64,000 bases of DNA, taken from NCBI GenBank assembly GCA_964016885.1, contig OZ024741.1:406472001-406536000 (forward strand), written 5' to 3'. The position numbers and the translations under genes are program-made. The stretch's first letter is position 1. Each line of letters begins with the position of its first letter. Below, in pieces: positions 13,750-26,714 of the stretch. This stretch comes from Eledone cirrhosa. Taxonomy: Eukaryota. The notes beneath the pieces are model-generated. The model worked only from the letters and a program-made list of their open reading frames with translations. It ran no database searches and had not been told where the DNA came from.

Positions 13750-14636
13750 CTGATCTCTAGGCTTTTGGTGATCCAAGAATGAGGCACCATGTCAAATGCC
13801 TTTTTGTAGTCTATCCATCCCATGGCAAGACCAGTGTGTCTCCTCTTGTAATTCCTCATTACCATCTTATCAATAAGTAACTGGTCCTTTGTACCACGGG
13901 ACTTCTTTCGGCATCCTTTCTGTTCGTCCGGTAACAAGTTGTTTATGTGGAGGTGATGGCAGATTTCCTCCGACAATGCTTGTCAACAGTTTCCACAATA
14001 CGGACAGACATGTGATAGGTCTATAGTTGGTAACATCATTACCCTTGATTCGGTCTTTCATTACCAGAACTGTGGTACCTTTTGTCAACCACTCTGGACA
14101 TCAAGCAGTCATTGAACATGGTTGTCAGTTTCGGGTGGAGGGATGTTATATTTTTAATCCAATACCCCTGCACACCATCTGGGCCTGGTGATTTCCAGTT
14201 GGTTAGTTTTTTGGCCTGCCCCTTAAGAGTTTCAACTATGATACTCAAATCAGTCTGTTGGTGTGCCTGTTCACTAATCTCCTTTTGTACTGTCTCAATC
14301 CACACTGCCTGGTCATTATGTTTAACATCCTGCTCCCATATTCCTCTCCAGAATGTCTTAGTTTGTTCCGCCTCAGGGATCAAGTCGTTGCCTCTTTCTT
14401 TCCCTTCAAGCTGTCCAAACAACATCTTCTGGTTGTTGTCAAACATGCGGTTCTGTCTATACTGACTGACTCTGCTCTCGTATCGCCTAATTTTTGCACT
14501 CTTTGCTACAATGCGTTGCTTCAGTTCCTCTATGATAATATTTAGCTTTTTCCTCCTAGTTTTGTACTTTATTTTCAGTCTATTTTTAGTGTCTATGTTT
14601 TTTACTGTCCCATTCAGTAGGGACTCAAGCTTTCCA
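13750..14636 (-). pseudogene. R4/Dong-like non-LTR retrotransposon RT fragment, frameshifted
   Basis: [52 protein letters not shown] and [16 protein letters not shown] spread over three overlapping ORFs. Confidence 0.85.
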
Positions 14637-14638
14637 AT

Positions 14639-14672
<34 letters not shown>

Positions 14673-14673
<1 letters not shown>

Positions 14674-14780
14674 ATCCCGCCGAGGTTAACTTTGCCTTTC
14701 ATCCTTACGGGGTCGATAAAATAAAGTACCAGTAATGTACTGGGTATGTGCTGGCCTTGTGCCTAAAGTAGAAACAATTA
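14673..14780 (+). mobile_element. SINE family A 3' fragment within (TAT)n
   Basis: Body identity with the other family A copies. Confidence 0.85.
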
Positions 14781-15161
14781 TTATTATTATTATTACGTTC
14801 CACATTATGCACGTTTTTTTTCCTTTTTCTTTTTTCTTTTCACTTCTTAAACCTTGTTTGTATATAACATTATTCTTTCTGCATCTTCTGTTTAACATGT
14901 GCGACACCACACTAATACATTTCACTATCATTTGATAATGCATACGTATAAATGCTGAAACCGGTAATAGACAATAATTAAATATATAAATAGATAAATA
15001 AATGCCATTGTTAAATAATAAATAAATCAACTAATACCTTAACACTTCACACAAAGTAAAACATTTCGTTTTAATCATTTTCTAACCCAGAAAAAAGAGA
15101 GAGAGAAACAAAAAAGGAAAAAAAAATGTTTTCTTCCTCATAATCGTCTCTTTCTCCCTGT

Positions 15162-15236
<75 letters not shown>

Positions 15237-15692
15237 ATATATATATATATACATATACAAATAGGACTCTAGGACTCACTAAGCTCCCATTTAAGTATCG
15301 TCCGTGCCTCGCACTTCTGGAGGACACAACAGCAGTTATGAAATATATTCCGAGATCAAAAGATAAAGATGTAACTATCCCTTTTCATTACAGCAGCGAT
15401 GATAGATAATAATCTAGTGTCAGTGAATTGATTGAAGAATGGTAATTCTGTATTACAGAGATATTTCACATTAGAGGCAATTATACACTAATCCTATGTA
15501 AAAGAAAGGAACTTATTTCAGCCTGCCCACATATGTCCAAATGTCTTCTCATAAACTGCATCACATGCCTTCCTGGTATATTACTGTTATTATTTCTTCT
15601 GCCGAAGATCGATTAAATCAAACCTTGCTTTAAATGATATGTAACCCACTTTATAGTACATATGACAAATACGCGTTTGTATGTGTGTGAGT

Positions 15693-15800
<108 letters not shown>

Positions 15801-16009
15801 AAAAAGGAAACAGAAACATAAAAGCAAGCAACACAGTACAATGAATAAATATATTAGTTTAATGTTTGATATAATAGGGAAAGAGTCTTAACGTTTTGGA
15901 CACTAGTCCTTCATTAGATGATAGAATGAGAAATAAAAGATGAAATAGAAAGATAGAGAGTGAGATTAGGAAGGAATGAAAAAGGATTTTTTGTGAAAAA
16001 TCACGTGTG

Positions 16010-16296
16010 TTTTGAGTCAGTCCCGTGTGGATATTACTGACTAAAGAGATATATTTTGAGTTAGTCCCGTGTTTATATTACTGACTAAAGAGATATACTG
16101 AGTTAGCCTCGTGTGGATATTACTGACTAAAGATGTGTATTGACTTAGTCCCGTGTAGATATTACTGACTAAAGAGATGTATTGAGTCAGTCCCGTGTTG
16201 ATATTACTGACTAAAGAGATATATTGAGTTAGTCTCGTGTTGATATTACTGACTAAAGAGATATATTGAGTTAGTCCTGTGTGGATATTACTGACA
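16010..16296. repeat. 42-bp minisatellite (~7 copies); resumes at ~17193-17230
   Basis: Unit ~TTGAGTTAGTCCCGTGTGGATATTACTGACTAAAGAGATATA. Confidence 0.9.
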
Positions 16297-17185
16297 AAAA
16301 TTGTCAAGAAGGCCGAGGGTGTCTTGGCATCACTCAGCAAGACCTTTGTTAACCGCTCTCCAGCCATCTATTTAAAGTTATATACAGGTATGGTACGACC
16401 ACACTTGGAATTCGCATCATAAGTCTGGAACCCCCTATCTTGCTCAGAACATTGACCTCCTGGAAACTGTTCAGAGACGTACAACCAAGCGCATACCCTC
16501 CATCAGACACCTACCATACTCTGAACGCCTTGCTTCCCTGGGCATGGATTCATTGAAGCTCCGACGTCTGGCAACGAACTTGGTAAACACCCACAAAGTT
16601 ATTAACCATCTCGGCAACAACAACCCTGAGTACCTTTTTGATCTCCATGTGTCTAACACACGTGGACATGCCTTCAAAATAAGAAAACAGCACAGCTCCC
16701 ATGACTTTCGGAAACATTTTTTCACGCTTAGAGTTACTGAAGCATGGAACAAACTACCTGCGTCAGTTGTTAGCTGCCGAGACACTGCATCCTTTAAAAC
16801 CTCCATGGAACAAACTACCTGCGTCAGTTGTTAGCTGCCGAGACACTGCATCCTTTAAAACCTCCATGGAACAAACTACCCGCGTCAGTTGTTAGCTGCC
16901 GAGACACTGCATCCTTTAAAACCTCCATGGAACAAACTACCCGCGTCAGTTGTTAGCTGCCGAGACACTGCATCCTTTAAAACCCTCATGCTTCCCGAAA
17001 TTCGCCCAAACTACACCTGATGTCCCCCTTCCATACACATGCACACATGTGTATATCATGACTCATGCACTGTTCATTTTCATGACGTTTGTACATTACC
17101 CTATGTACTATACATACACTTTTGATGTATAGTAGTGCACCTGGGCACTGTACACAATATTTTCATTATTATTATTATTATTATT
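16297..17185 (+). pseudogene. CR1-like LINE 3' fragment with (ATT)n tail
   Basis: LYTGMVRPHLEFAS, VQRRTTKRIPSIRHLPYSERL and TRGHAFK...RKHFFTLRVTEAWNKLP are typical of CR1-group RT C-termini; stop and frameshift present. Confidence 0.85.
16743..16987 (+). repeat. 61-bp x4 tandem duplication inside the CR1-like 3' end
   Basis: CATGGAACAAACTACC... starts at 16743, 16804, 16865 and 16926. Confidence 0.92.
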
Positions 17186-17946
17186 TTTTTTTTTAGCCTC
17201 ATGTGGATATTGCTGACAAAAGAGATATTTGAATGGAAATGAAGTTCGAAACCCGACACCTTGATGTGAACCATTGATCCTAACACCTATCGTTCAAATC
17301 ATTAGTTAGTAGATCTATGAGAAAAATATGTAATTTTGATTTCTTTCCAATACGCTTAAGACAAATTCGATAGTAGTGTATCTTTCATTGACACAAGATC
17401 ACAAATTCACAGAATTCAGAAGGGTGTTGTATAATCGATTAAAATTACTCTCTATCATCGATTTCAGCATACTATCAATAGTAGGAAGTTATACTGTCTC
17501 CGGAGGGATTAACACGAAATTGACACTGGCAGTTATTTAAGTACAAATCGAAGAGCTACGATTGGTCAGTGAATATATGGATATTGATCGAATGGTGAAA
17601 TAAAATACTTGCATGTTTATCCAAGTTGTTCTTCAGAAGAAAACAGAAATAAAGTCACACTGAATAGAAGATCAAATTTAAGGGAAATTAAATCAAAACA
17701 ATTTAACACTTGGCAAGTTTTTGTGTATAATATGTATGTAAAATGTGTGTATATATATTAAAAATAGAAATATTATATCACAAACTCACCGGAGAGTAAA
17801 GAGAGATATATTATATTACATGCCATATATATTAGCAGAACAGGCTCTATGCTTGAAGTTGCGATATCAATGAGCTTAGTAAAAGTGAAGTTAGTGTTTA
17901 AGAAGAATTAATATGAAAAAGGATATAAGCAGAGTAATTATAAACA

Positions 17947-18254
17947 GTTTTGTGAAGGAGAATCTAAAGACATCAACATTCTTTATTCTTTATAAAATAT
18001 TTCATATAGAAAGATATTCTAACGATGAAATTTCAAAATAGAAAGATTTCAACCTGAAATCACCGATAAATATATATCACCCTATAAACATTAAAAGAGG
18101 ACAAGAAAGGCTCATATGGATGTCATTTAAAGATAAACTTTACCCCGTGCAACCTGAAGAATCAACATATATTTTGAAATTGCACCGTTAGAATATCTTT
18201 CTATATGAAATATTTTGTAAAGAATAAACTGCTTTGATTCTCCTTCACAAAACT
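17947..18254. repeat. Imperfect inverted repeat (MITE or fold-back)
   Basis: TTTTGTGAAGGAGAATC...TTTCATATAGAAAGATATTCTAACG versus CGTTAGAATATCTTTCTATATGAAA...GATTCTCCTTCACAAAA. Confidence 0.7.
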
Positions 18255-18488
18255 CTCTATATATATAATAAATGATGTTGCAGATGTGCAACGAAAGAAC
18301 TTTGATAGACTATATATATATATTTATATCTGTATTTCTAACCGTTGGTCAATCAATGATAAATGTTGATCGCCAAATGAATTAACTAAGGAGATATAAA
18401 AGATACAGTAGCGAAAACCAGCCAAACAGTGAGTGTGTTCTGTTATTTCTGACAATATTATTACAACAATATGACCCTCCCCAAGTAT

Positions 18489-18552
<64 letters not shown>

Positions 18553-18788
18553 TGTATATATATATCAACATAACACATTTTACTCTTTTTACTATTAAGT
18601 TAAGGAACCCGACTAGAATTATTTTTTATATTTTCTTTGTTTTCCCAAAAGAAGTAAGTGACATAGTCACTACTTTAAAACTCATAGTGAATGGTCTTCT
18701 AAATGTTTTTAATTAAACATACAGTATATTGCCAAATATACTATACCTACATTCATGTATACATCGCTATTTCAGAGCACCAATATTA

Positions 18789-18862
<74 letters not shown>

Positions 18863-18938
18863 AAAATGGAACGGGAACAAAACAGAGAGGCAGTACGAAC
18901 AAAGGTTTATTAGTTTCACGCTCTTGAGAGTAGGGGGG

Positions 18939-18966
18939 GACGTTTCGGGCATAAGCCCTTCTTCAT
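18939..18966 (-). ncRNA. Degenerate minimal PLE-type hammerhead motif
   Basis: Minus strand ATGAAGA-AGGGC TTAT GCCC-GAAA-CG-TC with AATAAA downstream; C3 is mutated and stem I is poor. Confidence 0.5.
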
Positions 18967-19516
18967 GCGAAAAGTGTGTGGGAAGAGAGTTCCGAGGGTG
19001 TGTAGGGGAGTGGAGGAGAAACATTTAGAAAAAAGAGGGAGAGGAAAGGGAGGAAAAACGGTGGAAGGGGTACAAATAAAAATTTAAAAAGTAAAAATTA
19101 AAATAAACATGAAGATAAACAAGTGGTGAAAGGGTGTGGGGCGTGTAGGGATGGTGGCGGGTGGAGTGGGGAGAGGGAGGAGGCGGGGTATCCAAGCGGG
19201 GAGGGCTGAAGGTGGTGTATGTGTGTAGGTGTACGTGTGTGTGTGTGTGTGTGTGAATGTGAGAGTTGGAGGAAGAACGAGGTTCCATGTTCAGGAAAAG
19301 GTGTGTGTGGGGGGTGGGGTGTAGGTCGGTGTGTGTGTGCGCGTGTGGATGGGGAGGGGTCAGAGTGGGGGAGGGGGTAGAGGATTCCGGAGGCTGAGTG
19401 TGTATATATGTGGGGGTACGGACGTGTGTGTGGTGTTTATACATATTGTCGATGTAGGTGGCGTGGTTCGAAAAAAAAACATTTTTGTGAGTGTATGTCC
19501 GTGGGTAAGTTCCTAA

Positions 19517-20253
19517 GGTGGCGATATCCAATTTTAGTGGACTAAATGCTGCTGATGCTGCTTACGTTGCTGCTAACTTCAATGTATGAGGCTATTCCAA
19601 CAAATTTACATTCCCTTTTTTTTAGCCGTTAAAAGAAATATAGATTTATTTATTGTTTTTTTTTTTGCGATTTATTTGCCACTGGGGCATAGATTTCTTT
19701 ATTTGCCACGTTTTTGTTTGTTTGTTTGTTTGTTTTTTTGCGATTTATTTGCCACTAGAGCATTAAGCGAGGGGAGTTTTTACAAAAATCAAGTACAAAC
19801 ATTTAACGAGTGATTAAAAAGGAATATAAAAAATTAAGTCCTCAATAGAGAGGCAGCCTTTTGGGGTCACACACACCCCCGTAGAAAGTGTGCGACCTTT
19901 CTGCCAGGGAGCACAGAGAGAGGGGGGTGCTCCCTTCTTCTCTTACCTGTACAAGCCGATATAGAGAGATGGCCCACTTACACGGGCCATTATTGCTACT
20001 TTCACCCATCTCGTTAAATGTTTGTACTTGATTTTTGTAAAAAAAAAACAATAAAGAAATCTATATTTCTTTTAACGGCTAAAAAAAAGGGAATGTAAAT
20101 TTGTTCGAATAGCCTCATACATTGAAGCAGGTAAGTCACCAAGTAAGCAGCAGCCAGCAGCTAGCAACAAGCAGTAAGCCACCAAGTAAGCAGCAACTAC
20201 AGCACGTAAGCAGCATCAGCAGCATTTAGTCCACTAAAATTGGATATCGGCCC
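19517..20253. mobile_element. MITE with long TIRs and TAA TSD (PIF/Harbinger-like)
   Basis: TAA|GGTGGCGATATCCAATTTTAGTGGACTAAATGCTGCTGATGCTGCTTACG ... CGTAAGCAGCATCAGCAGCATTTAGTCCACTAAAATTGGATATCGGCCC|TAA; inverted arms extend >100 bp inward. Confidence 0.7.
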
Positions 20254-20670
20254 TAAAATAGTTCCGTAGAGAGTGTGGTGCGGCCGGATATTTTCCATGT
20301 GTTGGAGTTGATAGTGGGAACGATGGCCAATGGTGTGTAATCCGTGGTTGTGTTGGTCGGAAGAGGGGAGATGTGTGGTGCGCGCGCAACAGGAAGTGGT
20401 CAGAGGGTCAAGGCAGGAGGAGGGTAGAGGAGAATGACAGGTGGAGAGGGCTGTGTGTCTGTGTGTGCGGAGAAGTGGTCAGAGGGGCAAGGCATAGCAG
20501 CAGTAGAGGAGAATGACAGGTGGAGAAAGTCAGTGTGTTAATATATATTTAAAGGTTAAACAAAGTTCAATGAATAAATCAAAGAATTAGTTTTACAGTA
20601 GATTGGAAATGACTACCATGACTGGATCTTAACCATCTACTATGTCAGGGTATGTCATGCATCATCTTAT

Positions 20671-20731
20671 TTTATCTGATGAGGACGTACTGTTGAAGTT
20701 AGCTCAGTAACTCTGAAATATGTATAATAAA
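20671..20731 (+). ncRNA. Type I hammerhead ribozyme motif
   Basis: TTTAT-CTGATGA-(GGA..TACTG/CAGTA..TCT)-GAAA-TATGTA-TA-ATAAA. Confidence 0.55.
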
Positions 20732-20951
20732 TTATACTTGATCACAAGAAGTTCTATTTTTGTTAATATTTTGAATTTATATATATGTATATATATATAT
20801 ATATATTTCTTAGTTTCATCTGATCCCCCAAGAACTAGAATATAACCCACAGTAGGAATATGTTGGCTGCCTGTCAACATAATTATTATATCTCTTTACC
20901 TCTTTCTATATTCTAAATGTTTTTTTATGATATTTGTTTTTTATTTCAATA

Positions 20952-20999
<48 letters not shown>

Positions 21000-21144
21000 A
21001 AGAAGAAGAAGAAGAAGAAGAAGAAGAAGAAGAAGAAGAAGAAGAAGAAGAAGAAGAAGAAATTAGCTTTGTCCAGACTTGAAAAGTGGATGAGCTGCGG
21101 CTAGTTTACAATGCCCGAGACTTCTCCCTTAGGGGTTCATACTA

Positions 21145-21819
21145 GTGGCCAAAACACTGTACAATGCAGTCCGTAGAAAAGATAGCCCCGCCAATAAACA
21201 TATTAAAAGCTACAACAATGTGGAAGACATCCATGTACATAATATGAAAGAGTACTGGTGGAATGTTCCAGTAAAAACCCCAATAAAATGCAGGCATAAC
21301 AGACCAGATATTATATGTGACAGGGAAAAGAAGGCATGCACAATAGTGGAAGTTAGCTGCCCAGCAGATGCCAATATAATATCAAAGATTAGCGAAAAGG
21401 AGAATATCTATGCAGAACTGATGAGAAATCTGCAGATACTCCACCCTGATTAGACCTTCAGATTTATACCTGTGATTATTGGGGCACTGAGGTATGTTAG
21501 TAACTGCCTCAATATAAATCTTGAGAAGCTGGGCTTCACAGGAACAGAAAGAACACAACTAGTTAGGAAATTACAAGTACAATCCATTAATGGAACAGTA
21601 AAAATATGTAAAACATTCCAAAAATTATGCACCTAATAACTGCATATACACATGTACAGATACAAAGCATATACATGCACACATACAACTCAAAACATCC
21701 ACACATACAATAACATCCATAAATGCACACACTTGCATGCATGAAGAGATGCATACATATCTACCTAGTTTATGTTGTGTAAATTCCAATGAGAGAGTAT
21801 TGTGTCTATGTTAGAAACC

Positions 21820-21822
<3 letters not shown>
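21145..21822 (+). pseudogene. R4/Dong-like LINE 3' end (REL endonuclease), family 1
   Basis: EYWWNVPV...HNRPDII...IVEVSCP; near-identical to ~36255-36930 (-); ends at (CT)n. Confidence 0.85.
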
Positions 21823-21885
<63 letters not shown>

Positions 21886-21918
21886 TCCTCTCTCTCTCTC
21901 TCTCTCCATCTCCCTCTC

Positions 21919-22209
21919 TCATCTTGGTTAAGAGAGTGGGACTGGCTTTGTGCAGTGCTTTTGCTCACTATAAAAGCTTCATGGCACAGGCATTCCTTTA
22001 TATCTGGAGATCTCTCTGCACTTGTCATCACATGGTACCATGGGCCCAGCACTATGTGTCAATAATTGTCACATGTGTAGTGTTTATACCAGAGTTTTCA
22101 AGTCGCTGGCTGGACTAAAAAGTCACACTCGTTCAGCGCATCGGTAGGGGTTCTCCTACGTGGATATAAAGTAGTGGACGTACTCGAAAGCGAGTTGGCA
22201 GCCACCATG
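21919..22209 (+). mobile_element. Bipartite RTE-derived element, 5'-truncated copy
   Basis: Matches the 3' half of 38763-39371; (TGTA)n tail. Confidence 0.85.
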
Positions 22210-22213
22210 TATG

Positions 22214-22290
<77 letters not shown>

Positions 22291-22349
22291 ATATGTATGT
22301 ATGTATATATAGAGATTACAGTAATCAAAGTTCAGTTTAAGTCATTTAT

Positions 22350-22398
22350 TTGCTTACAATTGTTTCCTCCAAACCGAGGTTTGGATTCTTCGGAGCAA
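22350..22398 (-). ncRNA. Hammerhead motif in the 3' pseudo-LTR (CCGAAGA core)
   Basis: TTGCT-CCGAAGA-A TCCAAACC TC GGTTTGGA G-GAAA-CAATTG-TA-AGCAA then AATAAA; palindromic helix III. Confidence 0.7.
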
Positions 22399-23928
22399 CT
22401 ATTTATAACATACTTGACCTCCTTTTCAACCCAAGAGACACATAAAACATATGCGCATATTGATCAACAGTGGGGTGACATTCATCAAATGAAATAGCAT
22501 GGCAATTTACATATAAAGTGTTACATGATAAAAATAAGTTAAAATAAAAGCAAGAGTGAAAATAAAGATAAACATGAAGCGTTGGCAGTCTATGAAGATA
22601 AAGCAAGAGGAAAGCTTAGAGTAGTCAGTGCATGAAGCAATCTCCCGTGTAGCATGCACGCTTGTCTTATCTATACATGATTAGAGTGCGTCAGAATGAT
22701 ATTTGCAGGGTCAGGCAGTTGAAGCAGGCAATCGGTCTTATAATATAGGCTGAATTATTAAGTCATTTATTCTCATACATCTGTATGATATACAGTCTCG
22801 GATGCGGGGAAACACCAAAATATCAAAAACCTTCAACATACTATAAACCTTATTGTATCGTAGGCAAGGTCGTACCACTGTCCTTGCTCACACCACCACT
22901 CACATAATCCATGAGACGCAATATATATGTAGAGAACACGCGTCTATCGTATAATTCGCAGTGGTTCAGCATATAGTCAAGCTATAAACGGTATCCAGTC
23001 GGTTCTTAATTAATATATCTTGCTGTCCAAATTCCGGAAGTGCCTGAATGATTAAGGGGAATTAATGCATAAGGGGAGGTAACTAGCTAGTTATTTTAGT
23101 TACATTACTATGCTAAACTACATTAATGGTGATTCAAATACGTGCCTATCATGTGAAGTTATAACTAATATCTAGAGTATGGTACCCATTTCTAAGTTAG
23201 AGAGTTGTTCATTAAGAAGTACAAGGGTGTATATACTAGGATGATTGCCAACCAATAATTAAGGGGTGTCATATCTGAACGTTCTATAAGAGGAGTCGGA
23301 CTCTCAAGTCACTGCTCCATGGAAATGTAATACAACAGTAGGACCTGGTATGGTCCCACTATTATATATGCCACCCGGTAGGCTCCGGGTCATTGCTTGC
23401 CTGCTTCTCCAGTAAATCTTCGGTATGGTCCGGAGATCCGATCTCTCATATAAACGCACTAGTCTGGCCATCAGGTAATAGACAACCCCCGTCTCAAATA
23501 TAAATCAATTATGTATCACATCTCCAAGCTAGAGTGGAGTCTATTAATAGGTATTAAAGGAGTCCACATCAAGATGATTACGTGCATAATTCAATGAACT
23601 GATCGCTTACAGTATATACTCACTTAACAATACGATTATCTATCTAATCATCAATCTATCTCTTGGTGGTAATCCATGCACAGGACTATGCTATCACAAC
23701 CAGTACCGTGTCCCCAGTTTATACTAATCTTATATTTGTGCAATGCAGAATAAGTAGTCCACGGTCGGGATATCAGTATTAGAGGTACAAGGGGGTATTC
23801 TCAGGGTAGGTGGCACTCAAATGCTGTCAGTATTATCTTTAGAGTATAGAGATGGGTGTGGATGTGAGGTGTAAGGTGTGCTACTGATGTTAATTGCTAG
23901 GGGTGGTGCCGGTTCCAGTCTGACATTA

Positions 23929-26410
23929 TTATATATAGGGTTTAAAGTTTTGGAACGAGTGTCGGAAGCGGTGTTGGCAATTTGCGAACACTTCTGATTT
24001 TTTATTAAGGAGATTATGTTTAGAGAAGATGATAGTATGGGTCTCTAGTAGACAGAGGTTACAAAATTTATCAGGTGGTTTGTACGATGTTGCACTACCT
24101 ACCACTTCCCGTTTAAGTGTATATATTTTATTTTTAGTTTTTAGATAGTGTATGTAGCTAGATAGTGAAGTGGAGTTGGCTAGACTGTGTTTTTTGAAAG
24201 AGTGGAGGTGCGAATTGTATCTAGTTTTGAAGCAGTTAGAAGTGGAGCCTATGTAGGTTTCAGAAGAGCTGTTAGTTGTGACTGTACATGAGTATATGAT
24301 ATCCTTGGTTAAGCATTTTTTATCTAAAGGGCAGGTTCTACTTGATCTACAGTTACAATTACTCTGGGTGCTAGTCTGCCGGTTACTATGCTGTGTAGAA
24401 GTTTGGAGGTTAGCTATAGGGTTATGGTTATGCGGGTTGTGGTACGCAGCGTTAATGTTTACACTAGTGCTATTACTACTATTTCCATTGATATTACGGT
24501 TATTTGTTATAATGTTACTTTGACTGTCATTTTGAATGTTATTTTGAAGGTTTATCGACCGTTGTGATTTAGTTTGTTGGAAGTAAGAATTAATTTTTCT
24601 TTTATTTGTACTAACTATGTGGTATGCTAAGTTAGGCGTAGTAGAGTATGAGATCTTAATAGTGTTTTTGTTTAAAAGGCCGTGGTACTTGTGGCCGGAT
24701 GGGAAGTGTTTATCTAGTAGTGAGAAGAAAGCCCTAGGAAGGTTGGTAGAGACGTTTAAATTGAAAGGAGGGTTGAAAAATGTATTATTTCTTCTTCTAT
24801 TTCTGTTTTTTATGTCTGGTGATTTGTTTCCTTTAATGTTCCTATGGTCATTTCTGTGGTGCGGGTTACTCTTGTTGTTACAATCCCTATTAGTGTGTGT
24901 GCAGTTGCTATTCTTATTATTAAATTTTCCCATGGACATGTTGTGTGAAATGATGTTGTAGCTATGTGTTTTTGTAGGTAGGAACTCTATCCCTGTATTA
25001 TGGCCTGATCTAGCTAATGCCTGATTATAATACTGCGAGTTATTGCTAAATGTGTTTATGTCATAGGATAGATTAGAGATTCTATTAGATACTCCCTTAG
25101 AGATAGAGTTCAATATAGATTTAGGGTGGTTAGACTTGGTATCTACGTAGATGAGTTTTTCATTAGGTTTGTGGAAAGGTGCATATATCATTGAGTCTAA
25201 GTAGAGTGTGGCGTCTAGGAAGTTGACGTTTTTGGTGTTTTTGTCCATGGTAATACTAAGGTTAAAGTTTTTGAATGTTTTGTGCAATAGTTTTCTAGTC
25301 CTTTCTATATTGAATTTTTTATAGTCTATAAGTAGAAGTACATCATCGCGATACAAACCACCGCTGAGGTACGGAAGTTCCCTGTGGATTAGGTTAAGTA
25401 AGTATAGGCCAACCAAATCAGTGACCTGCGCCGAGTCACTAGACCCCATAGTAATGTCGAAGTTGTTTTGCGTATCCTTGCGGGTCCATAATTGGTCCTC
25501 AAAGGTGATTATTGTTTTACGGGCCGCAAGTATGACATCAATCTGGGGTCTAGTCAAGTCACTATTGTCCATGGCCATTATAAGTGCCTTATTTAGTAGG
25601 ATAGGGGAAATAGAGGTGTAGTAAGAGTTGATATCAAATTGGATAAATTTTTTATCCTTGTTATCTATGATATTTTTGAACCATTCAATCACTTCACCCG
25701 TATTTCCCCATTGCTTAAGGTAAATCTTGTGTTTAATCTGTGGGATGATTTTGTCTAGGATTTTTTTACTGATAATGCCAATGTCAGACCTGGAGGGGCA
25801 GATTAGTCTAATCGAGGGGTTGCTAATGAAGTCTACCTTATGGTCCTTCAGAGAGAATCTAGGGGGGTTTGGGGTGTAAGGTTGTGTATGTCTCTGGAGC
25901 CCTAGTTTGGATACTATATTATAGCCTTCCATATTAATATCTTCTAAGTTTTTCATAGTGGTTTTTTTGTAGCTTTTATGTAGTTCATTATATATAAACT
26001 TTCTATACGTATTATAATCTAGGTTGTATATGTTATTAGTTTTGTCGGCATGTACAACAATTTTACTACTAGTTTTGAAGTCATTAATAGAGGTGCTAAG
26101 TTTGTTTAAGAAGGTGTTGTTTTTATTATGGTGTTTTTTGTATTTAATGTTTTTAACTAGTTTAATTAGGTCGTTTTCGAAGAGGTTTAATAGTGTGTTA
26201 TGAGGGGGGCTTCAATGTTTTAAAGCCGAAGGAGTCAAATTTGTTGGTGTTATTATCCTTGCCAGATTTGTTTCTATCATAATGGAATGTCCTCCATCTC
26301 ACTCTATTGATAAAGGAGTTTACACTGTTGATCGACAACTTTTCATATGTATTTTTGGTTGGTAAAGGTATGTTCTTGGTTGACATAGGGAGTTGGTCTT
26401 TGATCAGCAT
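23929..26410 (-). CDS. PLE polyprotein: reverse transcriptase + C-terminal GIY-YIG endonuclease (~827 aa, one frameshift near 26205)
   Basis: Supplied 675-aa ORF has QFDINSYY, FDITMGS, GGLYRDD, VNFLD, CNCx5CPLxxxC, IIY..YIGST..FKTRY..H and CNLC. Manual translation continues upstream in frame (LFENDL, ADKTNNIY) to a C6 run that joins the 26198-26410 ORF (STKNIP, RVRWR, FGFKT). Confidence 0.9.
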
Positions 26411-26665
26411 GCTGGTAATTTATGGTATATCAGCTCAACAAAATGGAGCAGTTATTAGTATTAAGGGTACTATTTATGGTTATGTATGCAATAAAACCTT
26501 TGATGGTAATATATTATATATACACAAACCCTAAATAGTGAGAGATAGTCTTTAATTACTATCCTATTACCAGTAAGTTAAATAGCTCAATGTAATAATA
26601 TCAGTTGTTATACAGAGCAGTTATATAGAGATTACAGTAATCAAAGTTCAGTTTAAGTCATTTAT

Positions 26666-26714
26666 TTGCTTACAATTGTTTCCTCCAAACCGAGGTTTGG
26701 ATTCTTCGGAGCAA
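26666..26714 (-). ncRNA. Hammerhead motif in the 5' pseudo-LTR
   Basis: Identical to 22350-22398. Confidence 0.7.
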
